DNA from: the human T2T-CHM13v2.0 reference genome, Homo sapiens
Reading direction: 5' to 3' (one strand)
DNA: 64,000 bases
Assembly: GCF_009914755.1 (NCBI RefSeq)
Contig: NC_060935.1
In this document: one piece after another, positions 62,080-64,000 of the stretch
How positions within the stretch are numbered: the stretch's first letter is position 1
Layout of the letters: every line of letters begins with the position of its first letter
The notes under the pieces: generated by a model
What the model saw: only the letters and a program-made list of their open reading frames with translations
What the model was told of the DNA's origin: nothing
The model's database searches: none
Position numbers and translations under genes: made by a program

Positions 62080-62458
62080 ACCATCGAACACATGACCCAG
62101 CCTCAGCCACTTGGGTGATTCCACTCATGACCATGTCTCTGAAGAAATGCAGAGTTCATAATGGAGAAGGCAGAGGCAACATGTTCCAGCAACAGCTCTG
62201 GAGTGTGGTGAGATTTGGGGATGGGACTGCTGCCAGCAGTGCTCAGCTGCCTGTGGAGGTGGTGTTGGTTGTGCCCGTCAGCATCCTGACAGTTTGCGGT
62301 GTGACTTGGCTGTGTTTCCAGCTGTCTGCCTTCTCCTGAATCCTGCCTGTTCTCAAACCTAGTTCTTTCCAATAGCCCATTTCCTTCCAATAAACTCTCC
62401 TCTTGCGCAAGTTAACCAGCGTCATATACAGTTGTTTGCACCTAAGAACCCTGACTGG
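62080..62458 (+). mobile_element. Old MLT1-type LTR
   Basis: Ends CCTTCCAATAAACTC...GTTAACCAGCGTC...GTTGTTTGCACCTAAGAACCCTGACTG, typical of an MLT1 3' terminus; 5' boundary uncertain. Confidence 0.55.
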
Positions 62459-63191
62459 TTACAGTGGAAGCTGGCCTGGCACAGGGCTGAGGAAGGGGTG
62501 GGAGGAGGCCAGTGTCCAGGCTGTGCAGCAGCTCTCTCATGCCCCAGTGATTTCCCATGAACCCCATACATCATCACCTTAGTGACGGGGTGACAGACCC
62601 TCCTTTTGCTTCCCACACACACACACAAACAAAAACTGTGCTGTTTGGATGTATTTAAACCTTCCAGGCTGCTTTTGATAGAGTTTGAGGGAAAAAAGTG
62701 GATGAAAAGATCAGATTCTGAAGACCGCCCTTCTTCATCTGATCACACCTAAAATTCTTGGTGGGATTCTTAAGCCCTTTATCATTGTAAGATATGCATA
62801 CATACACTCCTGCACTCTAGATTGTATGTAATGCAGGAATAAAATGTAGGAACAAAAAAGGTAAAATGCAGGAATTTCCAGTGTCCAAATCAATGTCTAT
62901 CCAGCTCAAGGTACAGAATGTTTCCAACACATCAGAAGATTCCTTCATCCCGTTCCCAGTCTTTTCTGTCTTCTATCATGTACAATTACTTTTCCCCGTC
63001 CTTGAACTTAATATAAATGGAGCCATTTAATACATAGCTTTTTATGCCTGATTCCTTATGTCTGTGAGCATCCTCCATGTTGGGTGATGCAGTAGAACAT
63101 TCCTTCTTATTGCTGCACTTACGCTAAGTATAAATATGTAATTTATCCATCTGCTGTTGATAACAATGGGTATTTCTTAAAAGAGTAAGTC

Positions 63192-63345
63192 TTTTATCGA
63201 AGCATAAGGGAAAAGAGCTAATGCATGCTTGGTTTAATACCTAGGTAATGGATTAATAGGTGCAGCAAACCACCATGACACACATTTACCTATGTAACAA
63301 ACCTGCACATCCTGCACGTGTACCCCCAAACTTAAAAATGAAATC
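63192..63345 (+). mobile_element. Severely 5'-truncated L1PA (L1PA8-10-like) 3' end
   Basis: GCTAATGCATGC...TTAATACCTAGG...GGTGCAGCAAACCACCATG...TTTACCTATGTAACAAACCTGCACATCCTGCAC; perfect 13-bp TSD AAAAGAGTAAGTC at 63179-63191 and 63346-63358. Confidence 0.9.
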
Positions 63346-64000
63346 AAAAGAGTAAGTCAAACTTTGATGCTTTCATGATGATAGAATAAACATAAAAAGA
63401 GTTCATTTGCTACACAGAGGTAATATATTGAATATACATATATATCAACTGAACATTTTCTGGACAGTTTTGTAAAATAATAGCCATCAGTTAATCCACC
63501 AAATTTGTTAATGCTTATTAAATCTAATGACATAGTTATTAATTTAATGTTTAATTAAAATGAATATACTTGGCATTTAGATTTTAAATGGTCTATGTTA
63601 TGACGAAGATCTATTTTTCATGGGCTATGATTTACAGGTTAATAACTATTGAGGTGCCCTATGTAATCAATACAGGAAGTAGTTTATTGTTCATTTTATA
63701 AAATTGGAGATCTGATTTTGATTATAAAATAATTATTGCTTATTGTATATGATGTATCTTTTTGCTTTTAGGACAGATCATTGATCATATTTTTATTTGA
63801 CGCTAAATTTCCCATCAGACACCATGTCTCGTAACAGCATTGTTACTATAGAAATACATGGTCAGGTTTATGTTATGCTGGGAACATATTGCTGTGAGTC
63901 CTGAATGATAGGTAGAAGCTGACCAGTAGAGGAGAGGGCAGACCTTTCCAGGCAGAGGAATGACCAGAGTCCCAAACCCTACACATTTGGGGAAAAGCAA

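Overview
Mammalian (almost certainly human) repeat-rich genomic DNA from a family-8 olfactory receptor cluster, recognisable as the chr11q24 OR8 cluster. It holds two intact single-coding-exon OR genes on the minus strand (OR8B4, 18615-19544; OR8B8, 34821-35756). On the plus strand are an OR8A-subfamily pseudogene with three in-frame stops (probably OR8A2P, from 55235) and a TM5-TM7 OR8 relic hidden at ~5971-6220. Most of the rest is transposon debris: a near full-length L1MA, several Alus, solo LTRs (LTR12, MLT1, MLT2, MER50 and others), Tigger/MER DNA elements, MIR/L2 and microsatellites. Nearly all other ORFs in the track are spurious. I see no new protein-coding system. The most interesting signals are regulatory. 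(1) A sense-oriented solo LTR12 580 bp upstream of the OR8A pseudogene has its AATAAA converted into a consensus 5' splice donor. (2) A fixed-spacing homeodomain+EBF composite motif recurs upstream of both OR8B genes, with an orphan third copy at ~57.9 kb that is a candidate OR enhancer. (3) A distal cassette at ~40.4-40.5 kb carries an H/P-element-like motif. Gene and repeat names come from recognition, not database searches, and all regulatory claims are motif-based predictions.
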